DNA from: an uncultured bacterium
GTDB taxonomy: Bacteria; Vulcanimicrobiota; CADAWZ01
Reading direction: 5' to 3'
Assembly (NCBI GenBank): GCA_902791745.1
Contig: CADAWZ010000001.1
Coordinates: 1 to 48,567, forward strand
DNA length: 48,567 bases
Part shown: piece by piece, positions 39,780 to 48,567 of the stretch
Layout: each line of letters starts with the position of its first letter
Numbering within the stretch: position 1 is the first letter of the stretch
The notes under the pieces: generated by a model
What the model was told of the DNA's origin: nothing
Database searches by the model: none
Seen by the model: only the letters and a program-made list of their open reading frames with translations
Position numbers and translations under genes: made by a program

Positions 39780-41315
39780 GTGCTTATAAATATTTTAGCT
39801 GTTGTTACTATTCTTATTTTAATAGTATCAACAATACTGAATTTGACTTTAATTTCTAATATAGCCCTGTCTTTTCTTGTTCTTTTAATTCCTGTTTATA
39901 TACTCAAAGACACTAGATTAAAACAACTTGAAGCTGAAAGAAGATTTATTGATGAGTATCAAATTCCTGAAATTTTTAAGAACATAATAGAAAATAAGCC
40001 TAAAACTATAAAAGAGTCTTATGAGGTTATAAACAAATTAGCTGAAAATATAGATAAATTACAAAAATATGATGATTTATCTATCCAAAAATTAAATGAG
40101 AGACTTGCATTAATTCAAGATAAATTTCTTGAAAAATATAATGAATTAAATCAACTTTATGAAAAATATTTAGATGAAGTAGAAAAAAATAAAGAATTAT
40201 ATAAATTTTCAGATATAATATCTGGAACAAAAAATATAAATAAATTATATGCGTTGACGGCTCAAAAGTTATTTGAAGATTTTACCTGTAAATGTGCTTT
40301 TGTTTTAAGCATAGAAAATAAAGTTTTTAAGTTAAAAGTAAACAAAGGTTCTATGACTGATGAAACACTTAGAAACTTAGAAATTTCAAGTATCTTAGAA
40401 CCTGTTTTAAATCAAGGAAAACCTGTAATTCTTCATAGAGAAGATTTAGAAAGAAGCAATTACAAAATAAATGGTATAAAAGAACCTATATATAATCTCA
40501 TTTGTATTCCATTGATCACAAAAAATGATTCGAGAGCATTTGGAGCTATTGGGGTAATAAATAATATAAATGGCAATGATTTTTCAGAAGACCAAGAAGA
40601 AATTATAAATTTAATTGCCATAGAGGTTGCAATTTCAGTAAAAAATATTGTATATGTTTCACAACTTGAAATAAGTTATGAAGAAACTATGACTTGTCTT
40701 GCACAAGCTCTTGAAGGTAGAGATAAATATACATATGGTCATGTTGATAGAGTGAGAGATTTTTCTGTAAAACTTGCAACAAAAATGGGACTTTCCAAAG
40801 AAGAAATAAAAATGATAAAAAGAGCTGCAACATTGCATGATGTTGGTAAAATTGCAACTCCTGATAATATTCTTCATAAGCAAAGCGAATTAACTTCTGA
40901 AGAGTGGAATATAATGAAAATGCATCCTGAAATGTCTGCAAAAATACTTGAACCGATAAGCAGCTTACCAAGAGAAGTAATTGCTATGGTAAGAGCTCAT
41001 CATGAACGATGGGATGGTAAAGGTTATCCACATCATCTTTCAAAAAATGCTATTCCGAGAGGGGCTCAGATAATATCTGTTGCAGATGCATTTGATGCAC
41101 TTACGACAGATAGACCATATAGAAAAGGATTAAGTTATGAATCAGCACTTGCAAAACTCAAGAGAGAATCAATAGGAACTCAATTTGATCCAGAAGTTAT
41201 AAATAACTTTTTAACCATGATGCAAGATGAATTAGTGGAAATGAGAAAAAGAAAAGCAAGAAATGACGATTTATTTTCTGATAATGATGAAAAAATAAAT
41301 ATGTTAAATCTTTAG
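39780..41315 (+). CDS. HD-GYP domain protein (probable c-di-GMP phosphodiesterase) with N-terminal TM, coiled-coil and GAF-like regions
   Basis: Motifs HVDRV, LHDVGKIATPDNIL and HHERWDGKGYP are present. The start is GTG. Confidence 0.8.
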   Translation: MLINILAVVTILILIVSTILNLTLISNIALSFLVLLIPVYILKDTRLKQLEAERRFIDEYQIPEIFKNIIENKPKTIKESYEVINKLAENIDKLQKYDDLSIQKLNERLALIQDKFLEKYNELNQLYEKYLDEVEKNKELYKFSDIISGTKNINKLYALTAQKLFEDFTCKCAFVLSIENKVFKLKVNKGSMTDETLRNLEISSILEPVLNQGKPVILHREDLERSNYKINGIKEPIYNLICIPLITKNDSRAFGAIGVINNINGNDFSEDQEEIINLIAIEVAISVKNIVYVSQLEISYEETMTCLAQALEGRDKYTYGHVDRVRDFSVKLATKMGLSKEEIKMIKRAATLHDVGKIATPDNILHKQSELTSEEWNIMKMHPEMSAKILEPISSLPREVIAMVRAHHERWDGKGYPHHLSKNAIPRGAQIISVADAFDALTTDRPYRKGLSYESALAKLKRESIGTQFDPEVINNFLTMMQDELVEMRKRKARNDDLFSDNDEKINMLNL

Positions 41316-41351
41316 AAAATATGTTATAATATAAAAGTTAGGGTAAAAAAT

Positions 41352-44021
41352 ATGAATATTGAACTTGAAAAAAATTATAATTACAAAGAAGCAGAAAAAA
41401 AGTGGTATGAATATTGGATTTCAAATAAGTTATTTTCAGCTACTTCAAATTCAAACAAACCACCATTTGCAATAGTTATACCTCCTCCAAATGTAACTGG
41501 AGAACTTCACATGGGACATGCAATGGATCACACACTTCAAGATATCATCATAAGAGGAAGAAGAATGATGGGATTTGAGGCTGTATGGATTCCTGGTACT
41601 GACCATGCTGGTATTGCAACTCAGAAAAAAGTTGAAGATAAAATCAGAAAAGAAGGGCAGACAAGATATACATTAGGTAGAGATGAATTCATAAAAAAAG
41701 TATGGGAATGGAAAAATCAATATGGTAGCCAAATCATAGAACAGTGCAAAAGATTAGGTGATTCATGTGATTGGGACAGACTCAGATTTACCATGGACGA
41801 AGGTTGTTCAAGAGCAGTAAAAGAGGCTTTTTACAGACTTTATAAAAAAGGCATAATCTACAAAGGACGCAGACTTATAAACTGGTGTCCAAGATGTCGC
41901 ACAGCTCTTTCAGACCTTGAAGTAAATCATAAGAATTCAAAATCAAAATTGTACTATTTGAAGTACAACTTTAAAGACCAAGAAGGTTGTATAACAATAG
42001 CAACAACAAGACCTGAAACGATACTTGCTGATTCAGCTATATGTGTACATCCAGAAGATGAAAGATATAAAAATGTTGTAGGAAAAGAAGTTATAATTCC
42101 TATTGCAAATAGAGCAATTCCTGTAATTGCTGACGATGTTGTTGAAAGAGATTTTGGAACAGGTGCTTTAAAAATTACTCCTGCACATGATCCAACAGAT
42201 TATGAAGTTGGTAAACGCCACAATTTGCCAACATATATTGTTATTGATGAAAAAGGATGTATGAATGACGAAGCTGGAGTTTATGCAGGACTTGACAGAT
42301 TTGAATGTAGAGAAAAAATAGCAGAAGACCTCGAAAAAGCAGGTCTAATGGAAAAAGTAGAAGATTATACAAATGCTGTAGGTGTTTGTTACCGTTGTGA
42401 TACAGTAACAGAGCCTTATCTCTCTTGGCAGTGGTTTGCAAAAATGGATGATTTAGCAAAAAAAGCACTTGAAGCCGAAAAAGAAGGTAAAGTTAAATTT
42501 ACTCATCCACGATATGCAAATACATATAGAACATGGCTTGAAAATATAAAAGATTGGTGTATTTCAAGGCAGCTTTGGTGGGGACATAGAATTCCTGTTT
42601 GGACTTGTGAAGATTGCGGTCATGTTGATTCATACCTTGAAGAACCAACAAAATGTCCAAAATGTTCAGGTGAACATCTAAAACAAGAAGATGATGTTCT
42701 TGACACTTGGTTTTCATCAGGTCTTTGGCCTCTTGAAACACTCGGTTGGCCAGATAAAACAAAAGATCTCGAATTTTTCTATCCAACAAAAGTTTTGATT
42801 ACAGCAAGGGATATTATATTCCTTTGGGTTGCAAGAATGATAATGTTCGGACTTGAATTTGAAGGCAAAGTTCCTTTTGAAGATGTACATGTACATGCAA
42901 CATTGATGGATAAGAGCGGAAAGAGAATGAGCAAATCCCTTGGAACTGGAATTGATCCACTCGTTCTCATTGACAAATATGGTGCAGATGCTCTTAGATT
43001 TGCACTTGCTCAAATGACAGGTCAAGGACAGGATATTAAATTTCCTGTTGACTATAAAAAAGGAACAAAAGAAATTGAAAGAGCAGAAAGAGTAGAAACA
43101 GCAAGAAATTTTGCAAATAAAGTTTGGAATGCAACAAGATTCTGCTTAAGCAATATCCCTTCAGATATAAAGATAAAAGAACTTGATTTTTCAGCAATGA
43201 CAGACCTTGATAAATGGATTTTATCAAGACTAAACAAAGCTTGTATGACAACTAAAAAGGCTTATGATACATATTCATTTGATGTAATGGCAGATGAATT
43301 ACTTGAATTCTTCTGGTATGATTTCTGTGATAAATATATCGAAACAGTAAAACCAATAATTACATCAGAAAATGGAAGTCAAACTGTTCAAGCACAGATT
43401 TTATTGTATGTTTTGAATAGTTTTGTACGTCTTCTTCATCCAATAATGCCTTTCATAACAGAGGAACTTTGGCATTTACTTCCCCAAACCGAAGGTTCAA
43501 TAATGAAAGCAGATTATCCACAGTATGATGAAAAATTTAATTTTGCAAATGAAGAAAAAATTGCAGAAATTGTTTTTGAAACAGTTCGTGGAATAAGAAG
43601 TTTGAGAAGTGATGCTGGTATTGCTCCAAAGAAAATTGTAAAAATAAATGTTTCAACAAAAGATGAAAACTATTTAGAAGTTGTAAAAAAATATGCTGAT
43701 ACAATAAAAATTCTTGCAGGTGCAGAGATAATAATATCTTCTGAAGATAATGTTACTAAGGCTCTTGTATATATGTATGGAGTAAATCAAATTTTGTTAT
43801 CCGCTGAAGAGATAGATAATCTTGAAAAACAGATTGCCGATATGGAAAGAGAAGCAAGTAAAATAGCAAAATTGGTTGAATCTTTAAATAAAAAGTTGTC
43901 AAATAAGGCTTTTATTGAAAATGCAGATCAAAATATTATAGAAAATGAAAAGGCAAGACTTGCCGAAGCACAAGTCAAGGAATCTAAATTGACTGAGCAA
44001 ATAAAAATATTAAAATCATAA
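41352..44021 (+). CDS. valS: Valyl-tRNA synthetase
   Basis: Motifs PPPNVTGELHMGH and KMSKSLGT are present, along with a CP1 editing domain and a C-terminal coiled coil. Confidence 0.95.
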   Translation: MNIELEKNYNYKEAEKKWYEYWISNKLFSATSNSNKPPFAIVIPPPNVTGELHMGHAMDHTLQDIIIRGRRMMGFEAVWIPGTDHAGIATQKKVEDKIRKEGQTRYTLGRDEFIKKVWEWKNQYGSQIIEQCKRLGDSCDWDRLRFTMDEGCSRAVKEAFYRLYKKGIIYKGRRLINWCPRCRTALSDLEVNHKNSKSKLYYLKYNFKDQEGCITIATTRPETILADSAICVHPEDERYKNVVGKEVIIPIANRAIPVIADDVVERDFGTGALKITPAHDPTDYEVGKRHNLPTYIVIDEKGCMNDEAGVYAGLDRFECREKIAEDLEKAGLMEKVEDYTNAVGVCYRCDTVTEPYLSWQWFAKMDDLAKKALEAEKEGKVKFTHPRYANTYRTWLENIKDWCISRQLWWGHRIPVWTCEDCGHVDSYLEEPTKCPKCSGEHLKQEDDVLDTWFSSGLWPLETLGWPDKTKDLEFFYPTKVLITARDIIFLWVARMIMFGLEFEGKVPFEDVHVHATLMDKSGKRMSKSLGTGIDPLVLIDKYGADALRFALAQMTGQGQDIKFPVDYKKGTKEIERAERVETARNFANKVWNATRFCLSNIPSDIKIKELDFSAMTDLDKWILSRLNKACMTTKKAYDTYSFDVMADELLEFFWYDFCDKYIETVKPIITSENGSQTVQAQILLYVLNSFVRLLHPIMPFITEELWHLLPQTEGSIMKADYPQYDEKFNFANEEKIAEIVFETVRGIRSLRSDAGIAPKKIVKINVSTKDENYLEVVKKYADTIKILAGAEIIISSEDNVTKALVYMYGVNQILLSAEEIDNLEKQIADMEREASKIAKLVESLNKKLSNKAFIENADQNIIENEKARLAEAQVKESKLTEQIKILKS

Positions 44022-44057
44022 TTTTTCTGCTTTCGTAACTTTTTTGATATAGTAAAA

Positions 44058-44097
44058 TTTTATGGAGATCAATTTTTAAAAATTGATCTCCATAAAA
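44058..44097. other. Perfect 40-bp palindrome (20+20) between valS and the TPR gene
   Basis: TTTTATGGAGATCAATTTTT is directly followed by AAAAATTGATCTCCATAAAA. It could act as a terminator hairpin or an operator. Confidence 0.7.
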
Positions 44098-44150
44098 GTG
44101 AAAAAACAAAATAAAATGAGAAAAAGAGTCTTTGGAAGGAACATTAAATT

Positions 44151-45626
44151 TTGAAAAAGACAATCTTATTATTTACTGCTATATTCATGTTAATTTCTCC
44201 AAGTGTTTTTGCAGATAATGTAAATATTACTGAAAAAGTAAAAAATAATATTGAAGTAAAAACAAGTGAAATCAATACAGAGTTAAAACTTGAAGATAAG
44301 ACAGAGTTAAATTCTGAGGACAAGACTAATTTAGATTCTGAAGATAATACAGAGTTAAAACTTGAAGATGAGACAAAGTTAAATTCTGAGGATAAGACTA
44401 ATTTAGACTCTAAAGATAATACAGAGTTAGAACCTGAAGATAATACAGAAGCTAAAGAAGATTCACCTGAAAAGATTTTAATGCAAAATCTTGAAAAAAA
44501 GATCGGAAAATATGGTTCTAATAGAAAAGATTTATATAATTATTATAAAGTCGCTATGGCTTGTGGGGAATATGAAAAAGCAGATCATGCCCTTTCAAGA
44601 TTATGCAGTCTTGAAAAAAAGAATTCTTCTTTGCTTTCAGACAGAATTGCTCTTCTTAGAATAATGAAAAAATATGAAGAAGCAGAAGCACTTGGCAAAC
44701 AACTTGAATTTATGGATTCAGATTATGTTCCTGGATTGATAAATTATGCTTTGGTATGTTCTGATATTGGAAAATACGAAGAAGCCGTTAGGCTTTTAAA
44801 TATGGCTGATTTAATACAACCAAATGATGTTAAAATAAAATTAAATCAATCAAGAGTTGAATCAGAACACGGAAATAAAAGAAATGCAAAAAAAATTTTA
44901 AATGAAATTTTAATAAAATATCCAAAATATGCAAAAGCCATAAATAATGAAGGTGTTTTAAAATACAATTCTGGTGAAAAAGAAGGTGGAGAAATTTCAT
45001 TTAATGAAGCAGAAGAAGTTTCAAAAAATTCTAATTTTTCTGCTGAAATAAATAAAGCTATTGCTATGTTAAATAGAGGGCTTTATGAAAAAGCATATAG
45101 AAAATTATATTCTGCTGAAGAAAAAAATTCAAATTCTTTTTTACTAAAAAAAGCTATGGCTTTATCTCTAATGTATCTTGGCAGATATTCAGAAGCATAT
45201 AATAAAGCTCTTGAAGCAATGGACTTGCCAAATGGTAAAAATAATGTAGATATATTAAATATACTTGGTGCTTCTAAATATATGAATGAAGATTATGATG
45301 AAGCTGAAGATTGGTTTGTTCAAGCGTTAATGATTGAACCAGATAATGCAGAAGCAAATTCAAATCTCGCACTGTGTTTTAAGAGAAAAGCTCTTTTTAC
45401 CAAAGCGGAATTATTTCTAAATGAAGCTATAAAAAAAGAACCTCACAATGCAAATTTTTACTATAATTTAGCTACTGTTTATGAAGGACATGGTAGAAAC
45501 ACAGAAGCTATTAAATCTTACAAAAAATATCTTGAATTATCACCTGATACAAAAGATAGAAAAGGTGTAAAAGCAAGGATAGAAAATCTTGAAATGCGGG
45601 ATAAACCAAATCCAAAAATTAAGTAA
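44151..45626 (+). CDS. Secreted TPR-repeat protein with N-terminal acidic tandem repeats
   Basis: A signal peptide is present, with about 2 x 24-aa ELKLEDKTELNSEDKTNLDSEDNT repeats. Multiple TPR-like 34-aa units end with ...NFYYNLATVYEGHGRNTEAIKSYKKYLEL. The start is TTG. Confidence 0.7.
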   Translation: MKKTILLFTAIFMLISPSVFADNVNITEKVKNNIEVKTSEINTELKLEDKTELNSEDKTNLDSEDNTELKLEDETKLNSEDKTNLDSKDNTELEPEDNTEAKEDSPEKILMQNLEKKIGKYGSNRKDLYNYYKVAMACGEYEKADHALSRLCSLEKKNSSLLSDRIALLRIMKKYEEAEALGKQLEFMDSDYVPGLINYALVCSDIGKYEEAVRLLNMADLIQPNDVKIKLNQSRVESEHGNKRNAKKILNEILIKYPKYAKAINNEGVLKYNSGEKEGGEISFNEAEEVSKNSNFSAEINKAIAMLNRGLYEKAYRKLYSAEEKNSNSFLLKKAMALSLMYLGRYSEAYNKALEAMDLPNGKNNVDILNILGASKYMNEDYDEAEDWFVQALMIEPDNAEANSNLALCFKRKALFTKAELFLNEAIKKEPHNANFYYNLATVYEGHGRNTEAIKSYKKYLELSPDTKDRKGVKARIENLEMRDKPNPKIK

Positions 45627-45650
45627 AGATAAAAAAAATGGAGGAAACTG

Positions 45651-47168
45651 ATGGAATTTAGGGTTCCTGCCCCAGATGGCAGAATGGAAGAGGGACAGCC
45701 AATTCTCGTTCTTCCTGATAACACTGTTTTACGAGGTTATAGAATAAGTTATATGACCTGTGGAGGAATGAGTGTTATATACAGGGGATTCAGAGATGGG
45801 AAAAAATATGTCATAAAAGAAGTTTCTTCTACAGATTCAAGAAATGTAATTTCGCTTATACAAGAGAAAGCAGCTTTAGAAAGACTTGATCATCCTGGAA
45901 TTGTAAAGGTTATAGAGCTATTCGATGAATCAGGTTATTATTACATGGTTACGGAATTTATAGATGGTATTACTGTCGATAGAAAACTTCCTCAAGGAAA
46001 TGACAATTTTATAGATGAAAAAATAGTTAGAGATTGGGCTTATCAACTATTTGATATTTTTGAGTATCTACATAATCAAAATCCTCCTATTATATATAGG
46101 GATTTAAAACCTAAAAATATAATGGTTGATGACACAGGACATATAAAACTTATAGATTTTGGTATTGCAAGAGTTGAAAAGAAAAAAAATCAAGATACAG
46201 AACATATGGGCTCTATGGTAACTGCTTCTCCAGAGCATTATGCTGGATTGACAGATGCAAGGTCTGATATTTATACCATAGGAGCAACTCTTCACTATAT
46301 TTTGACAAATGGTCAAACTTTAGAATGTAATGCTTTTGATATACCTTCTGTAAAAAATTATAACCCTAATGTTACAGACCAATTTTCAAAAGTTATTGAT
46401 AAAGCATTAATGGTACAACCCAAAGATAGGTTTCAAACTATTGCAGAAATGAGGGATGCATTAAAAGGATCGAATTATTTGGTATCATCTCCTGTAACTT
46501 CAGTTAAAATTGAATCTGCAAGAACTCCAGTAAATTCAGAATTAAATACAACTGTTGTACCTCCTACTACATTGACAGATAAAGAAAAAGAATCTGAACA
46601 AAAAAGACAAATCGCCAGAGAAGCTATGAGAGGAATACAGGAAATGCAAGGAATGATAGATGCATTTCCTGCGAATAGAACAAAATCTGAAAAATCGTAC
46701 CGTTCCAAAGAAAATACTCAAAAAAATTTCAGTACAATTTTGACAATATTTTTTGGTATAATTGGAGGAATGGCAATAGCAGGAGCAATCATTTATTTTA
46801 CAGTTTTTGCTAAGTATGTTCCAGATGTTGTACCTTGGACAGATGCACAAAAATATATAGGAAAAGAGATAACAGTTGAAGGTGAAGTACGTGAAGTATA
46901 TATGACATCAAAAGAAAATATCTATTTATATTTTAATGAAGACAAAAAGAACACATTTAGAATAGGTATATTTACAGAAAATTTTGAAAAATTTCATTGT
47001 ACAAAGCAACCTAAAGAATTTTTTATTAATGGCTATTTGAATAGAATAGTTAGAATAAAAGGAAAATTGAAAATTGATTCGGTTGGAAATTATGAAATAC
47101 CTACAATGTTTGCAGAAAAACCTGAAGATATTGAAATAATACAAAGCCGTCCAAATACAGGAAAATAA
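45651..47168 (+). CDS. Membrane Ser/Thr protein kinase with a C-terminal extracytoplasmic domain
   Basis: Motifs YVIKEV, IIYRDLKPKNIMV, DFGIAR and SPEHY are present. The TM segment is FSTILTIFFGIIGGMAIAGAIIYFTVF. Confidence 0.85.
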   Translation: MEFRVPAPDGRMEEGQPILVLPDNTVLRGYRISYMTCGGMSVIYRGFRDGKKYVIKEVSSTDSRNVISLIQEKAALERLDHPGIVKVIELFDESGYYYMVTEFIDGITVDRKLPQGNDNFIDEKIVRDWAYQLFDIFEYLHNQNPPIIYRDLKPKNIMVDDTGHIKLIDFGIARVEKKKNQDTEHMGSMVTASPEHYAGLTDARSDIYTIGATLHYILTNGQTLECNAFDIPSVKNYNPNVTDQFSKVIDKALMVQPKDRFQTIAEMRDALKGSNYLVSSPVTSVKIESARTPVNSELNTTVVPPTTLTDKEKESEQKRQIAREAMRGIQEMQGMIDAFPANRTKSEKSYRSKENTQKNFSTILTIFFGIIGGMAIAGAIIYFTVFAKYVPDVVPWTDAQKYIGKEITVEGEVREVYMTSKENIYLYFNEDKKNTFRIGIFTENFEKFHCTKQPKEFFINGYLNRIVRIKGKLKIDSVGNYEIPTMFAEKPEDIEIIQSRPNTGK

Positions 47169-47170
47169 TT

Positions 47171-47866
47171 ATGAAAAAATATAGATTTATAGATTCTTTA
47201 AAAGAAAAGATGACACTTGTAGTCAGTCTTACTGAAAATAATTTGCAATGGGCTAAAAGCATTGAATCAGCAGGAGCTCATTCAGTTAAAGTGCATATAA
47301 ATGTATTATCGCATCGTGCTTCAAAAACACATTTTAAATCTTGGGAAGAAGAAAAAGAAAATATAAAAGAAATTCCAAATGAACTTTCTATTCCTGTCGG
47401 TATTGTACCTGGGGCTGAAGTAACAGCGTCACTTGAAGAAATGGAAGAAATTAAAAAATGTGGATTTGATTATCTTGATATTTTTTCACATCATATGCCT
47501 CCTGCTTATCTCGATATAAATGGAATGTCAAAAAGCGTTGCTCTTGACAATCATTATCCATTGGATTATGCTCCAATTATAGAAAAATTAGGGGCAGATA
47601 TGATTGAAGCCTCAATCATTCCACCAGAGGAATATGGACAGCCACTTACAGTTAAGGATATTTCTTTTTATCAAAAATTAATATCATCTGTTTCAATTCC
47701 AGTATTTATTCCAACTCAAAGAAAAATTCAACCAAATCAGGTGAAATATTTGAGAAGAATTGGGGCATCTGGCATTGCAATAGGAGCTGTTGTAACATCA
47801 AAAAATATAGATACAATTTTGCGAACAACAGAAGAATTCAGAAAAGAAATAGATAAATTGACTTAA
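47171..47866 (+). CDS. TIM-barrel-like protein (NanE/ribulose-phosphate-binding barrel-like), function unknown
   Basis: There is a 2-nt gap after the kinase gene. The C-terminus IPVFIPTQRKI...GASGIAIGAVVT resembles the phosphate-binding end of NanE-like barrels. This call is weak. Confidence 0.35.
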   Translation: MKKYRFIDSLKEKMTLVVSLTENNLQWAKSIESAGAHSVKVHINVLSHRASKTHFKSWEEEKENIKEIPNELSIPVGIVPGAEVTASLEEMEEIKKCGFDYLDIFSHHMPPAYLDINGMSKSVALDNHYPLDYAPIIEKLGADMIEASIIPPEEYGQPLTVKDISFYQKLISSVSIPVFIPTQRKIQPNQVKYLRRIGASGIAIGAVVTSKNIDTILRTTEEFRKEIDKLT

Positions 47867-47927
47867 TAAAAAACAGAAAAATATATAAATATTTATCAAC
47901 AATCTAGGTTTTAAGGTTTAGATTTTT

Positions 47928-48567
47928 ATGATAAAAATTTGTTCATCTATTGGTTTTTGTTTTGGGGTAAAAAGAGCTATTGAAAAAGCTGAAAATATAA
48001 AAAAAGAAAATCCAAATTTGAATTGTTATACATTAGGTTCTCTTGTTCATAATGAAAAAGTTGTGAAAAATCTTGAAAAAAAGGGAATAAAATGTATCAA
48101 AAATTTGAATGAAGCTGATAAAGGATTTATAATTATAAGGTCTCATGGAGTTAACCCAAACATTATAGAAGAGGCTAAAAACAAAGGTTTTGAGGTGATA
48201 GATGCAACTTGTCCTTTTGTAAAAAAAATACACAATATAGTAAATAATTTAAAAGAAAAAAAAATACCTGTTATTATAATTGGAAAAAGAGAACATCCAG
48301 AAATTCAAGGTATTATTGGTTATACCGATAATAATTTTTTCATTATTAATTCTATTGAGGAAGTAAATAATTTACCAAATTTAAAAGAAGCTGGCATTGT
48401 AGTACAAACTACAAAAATTAAATCTGAATATATTTCTATAGTCACAGAACTTGTAAGTAAAATTCCTGTTTTACATATTTATAATACAATATGTGCAGAG
48501 ACTATAAAAAGACAACTTGATTCATATAATTTAGCAAAAGAATCTGATTTTGTTTTTGTTGTTGGAG
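47928..48567 (+). CDS. ispH: 4-hydroxy-3-methylbut-2-enyl diphosphate reductase, 5' part (runs off the window)
   Basis: Translation from the ATG at 47928 gives MIKICSSIGFCFGVKRAIE...LGSLVHNEKVV...IRSHGV...DATCPFVKK. The frame is open to the window end and is not in the ORF track because no stop is reached. Confidence 0.85.
   Translation, partial: MIKICSSIGFCFGVKRAIEKAENIKKENPNLNCYTLGSLVHNEKVVKNLEKKGIKCIKNLNEADKGFIIIRSHGVNPNIIEEAKNKGFEVIDATCPFVKKIHNIVNNLKEKKIPVIIIGKREHPEIQGIIGYTDNNFFIINSIEEVNNLPNLKEAGIVVQTTKIKSEYISIVTELVSKIPVLHIYNTICAETIKRQLDSYNLAKESDFVFVVG

Overview
This is an AT-rich (about 30% G+C by eye) bacterial chromosomal segment that uses the standard code (TGA, TAA and TAG all end long ORFs). 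I did not recognise any rRNA, tRNA, CRISPR array, transposase, integrase or phage gene.

About 45 genes are mostly housekeeping:
- MEP pathway: ispF, ispH.
- Queuosine: queE, tgt.
- Other core functions: def-fmt, rlmN, upp, secD-secF, pgi, valS, pepA.
- Envelope and glycan genes: NlpC/P60, HtrA-like protease, two GT2 glycosyltransferases, a GmhA-GT4 fusion, a GH13 amylase, a penicillin-acylase-family protein.
- Signalling: two membrane Ser/Thr kinases, an HD-GYP protein.
- Several lineage-specific low-complexity proteins.

The most interesting signal is non-coding. An intergenic element of 250-400 nt occurs at three loci (130-540 inverted, 8441-8684, 26497-26750), with an extra miniature unit at 200-281. 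It has exactly conserved sequence blocks enclosed by long-range helices whose sequences differ between copies but stay complementary. That pattern fits a structured RNA or ssDNA element I cannot assign to a known family. A MITE-like origin is also possible.

Other noteworthy points:
- An arginyl-tRNA-synthetase paralog keeps its tRNA-binding domains but has lost the HIGH signature.
- A textbook twin-arginine signal peptide is encoded in frame upstream of pgi.
- An orphan ABC ATPase carries a poly-Glu/Asp plus ([11 protein letters not shown])n tail of about 185 aa, and similar charged tails occur on SecF and a small membrane protein.
- A secreted coiled-coil protein contains eight near-identical 30-nt repeats.
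- A GmhA-GT4 fusion is present.
- ispF and queE start codons sit head to head in one CATG.
- Terminator-like leader hairpins precede the NlpC/P60 gene and a processive GT2 synthase gene.

All protein calls rest on motifs read from the supplied translations. No database search was possible.
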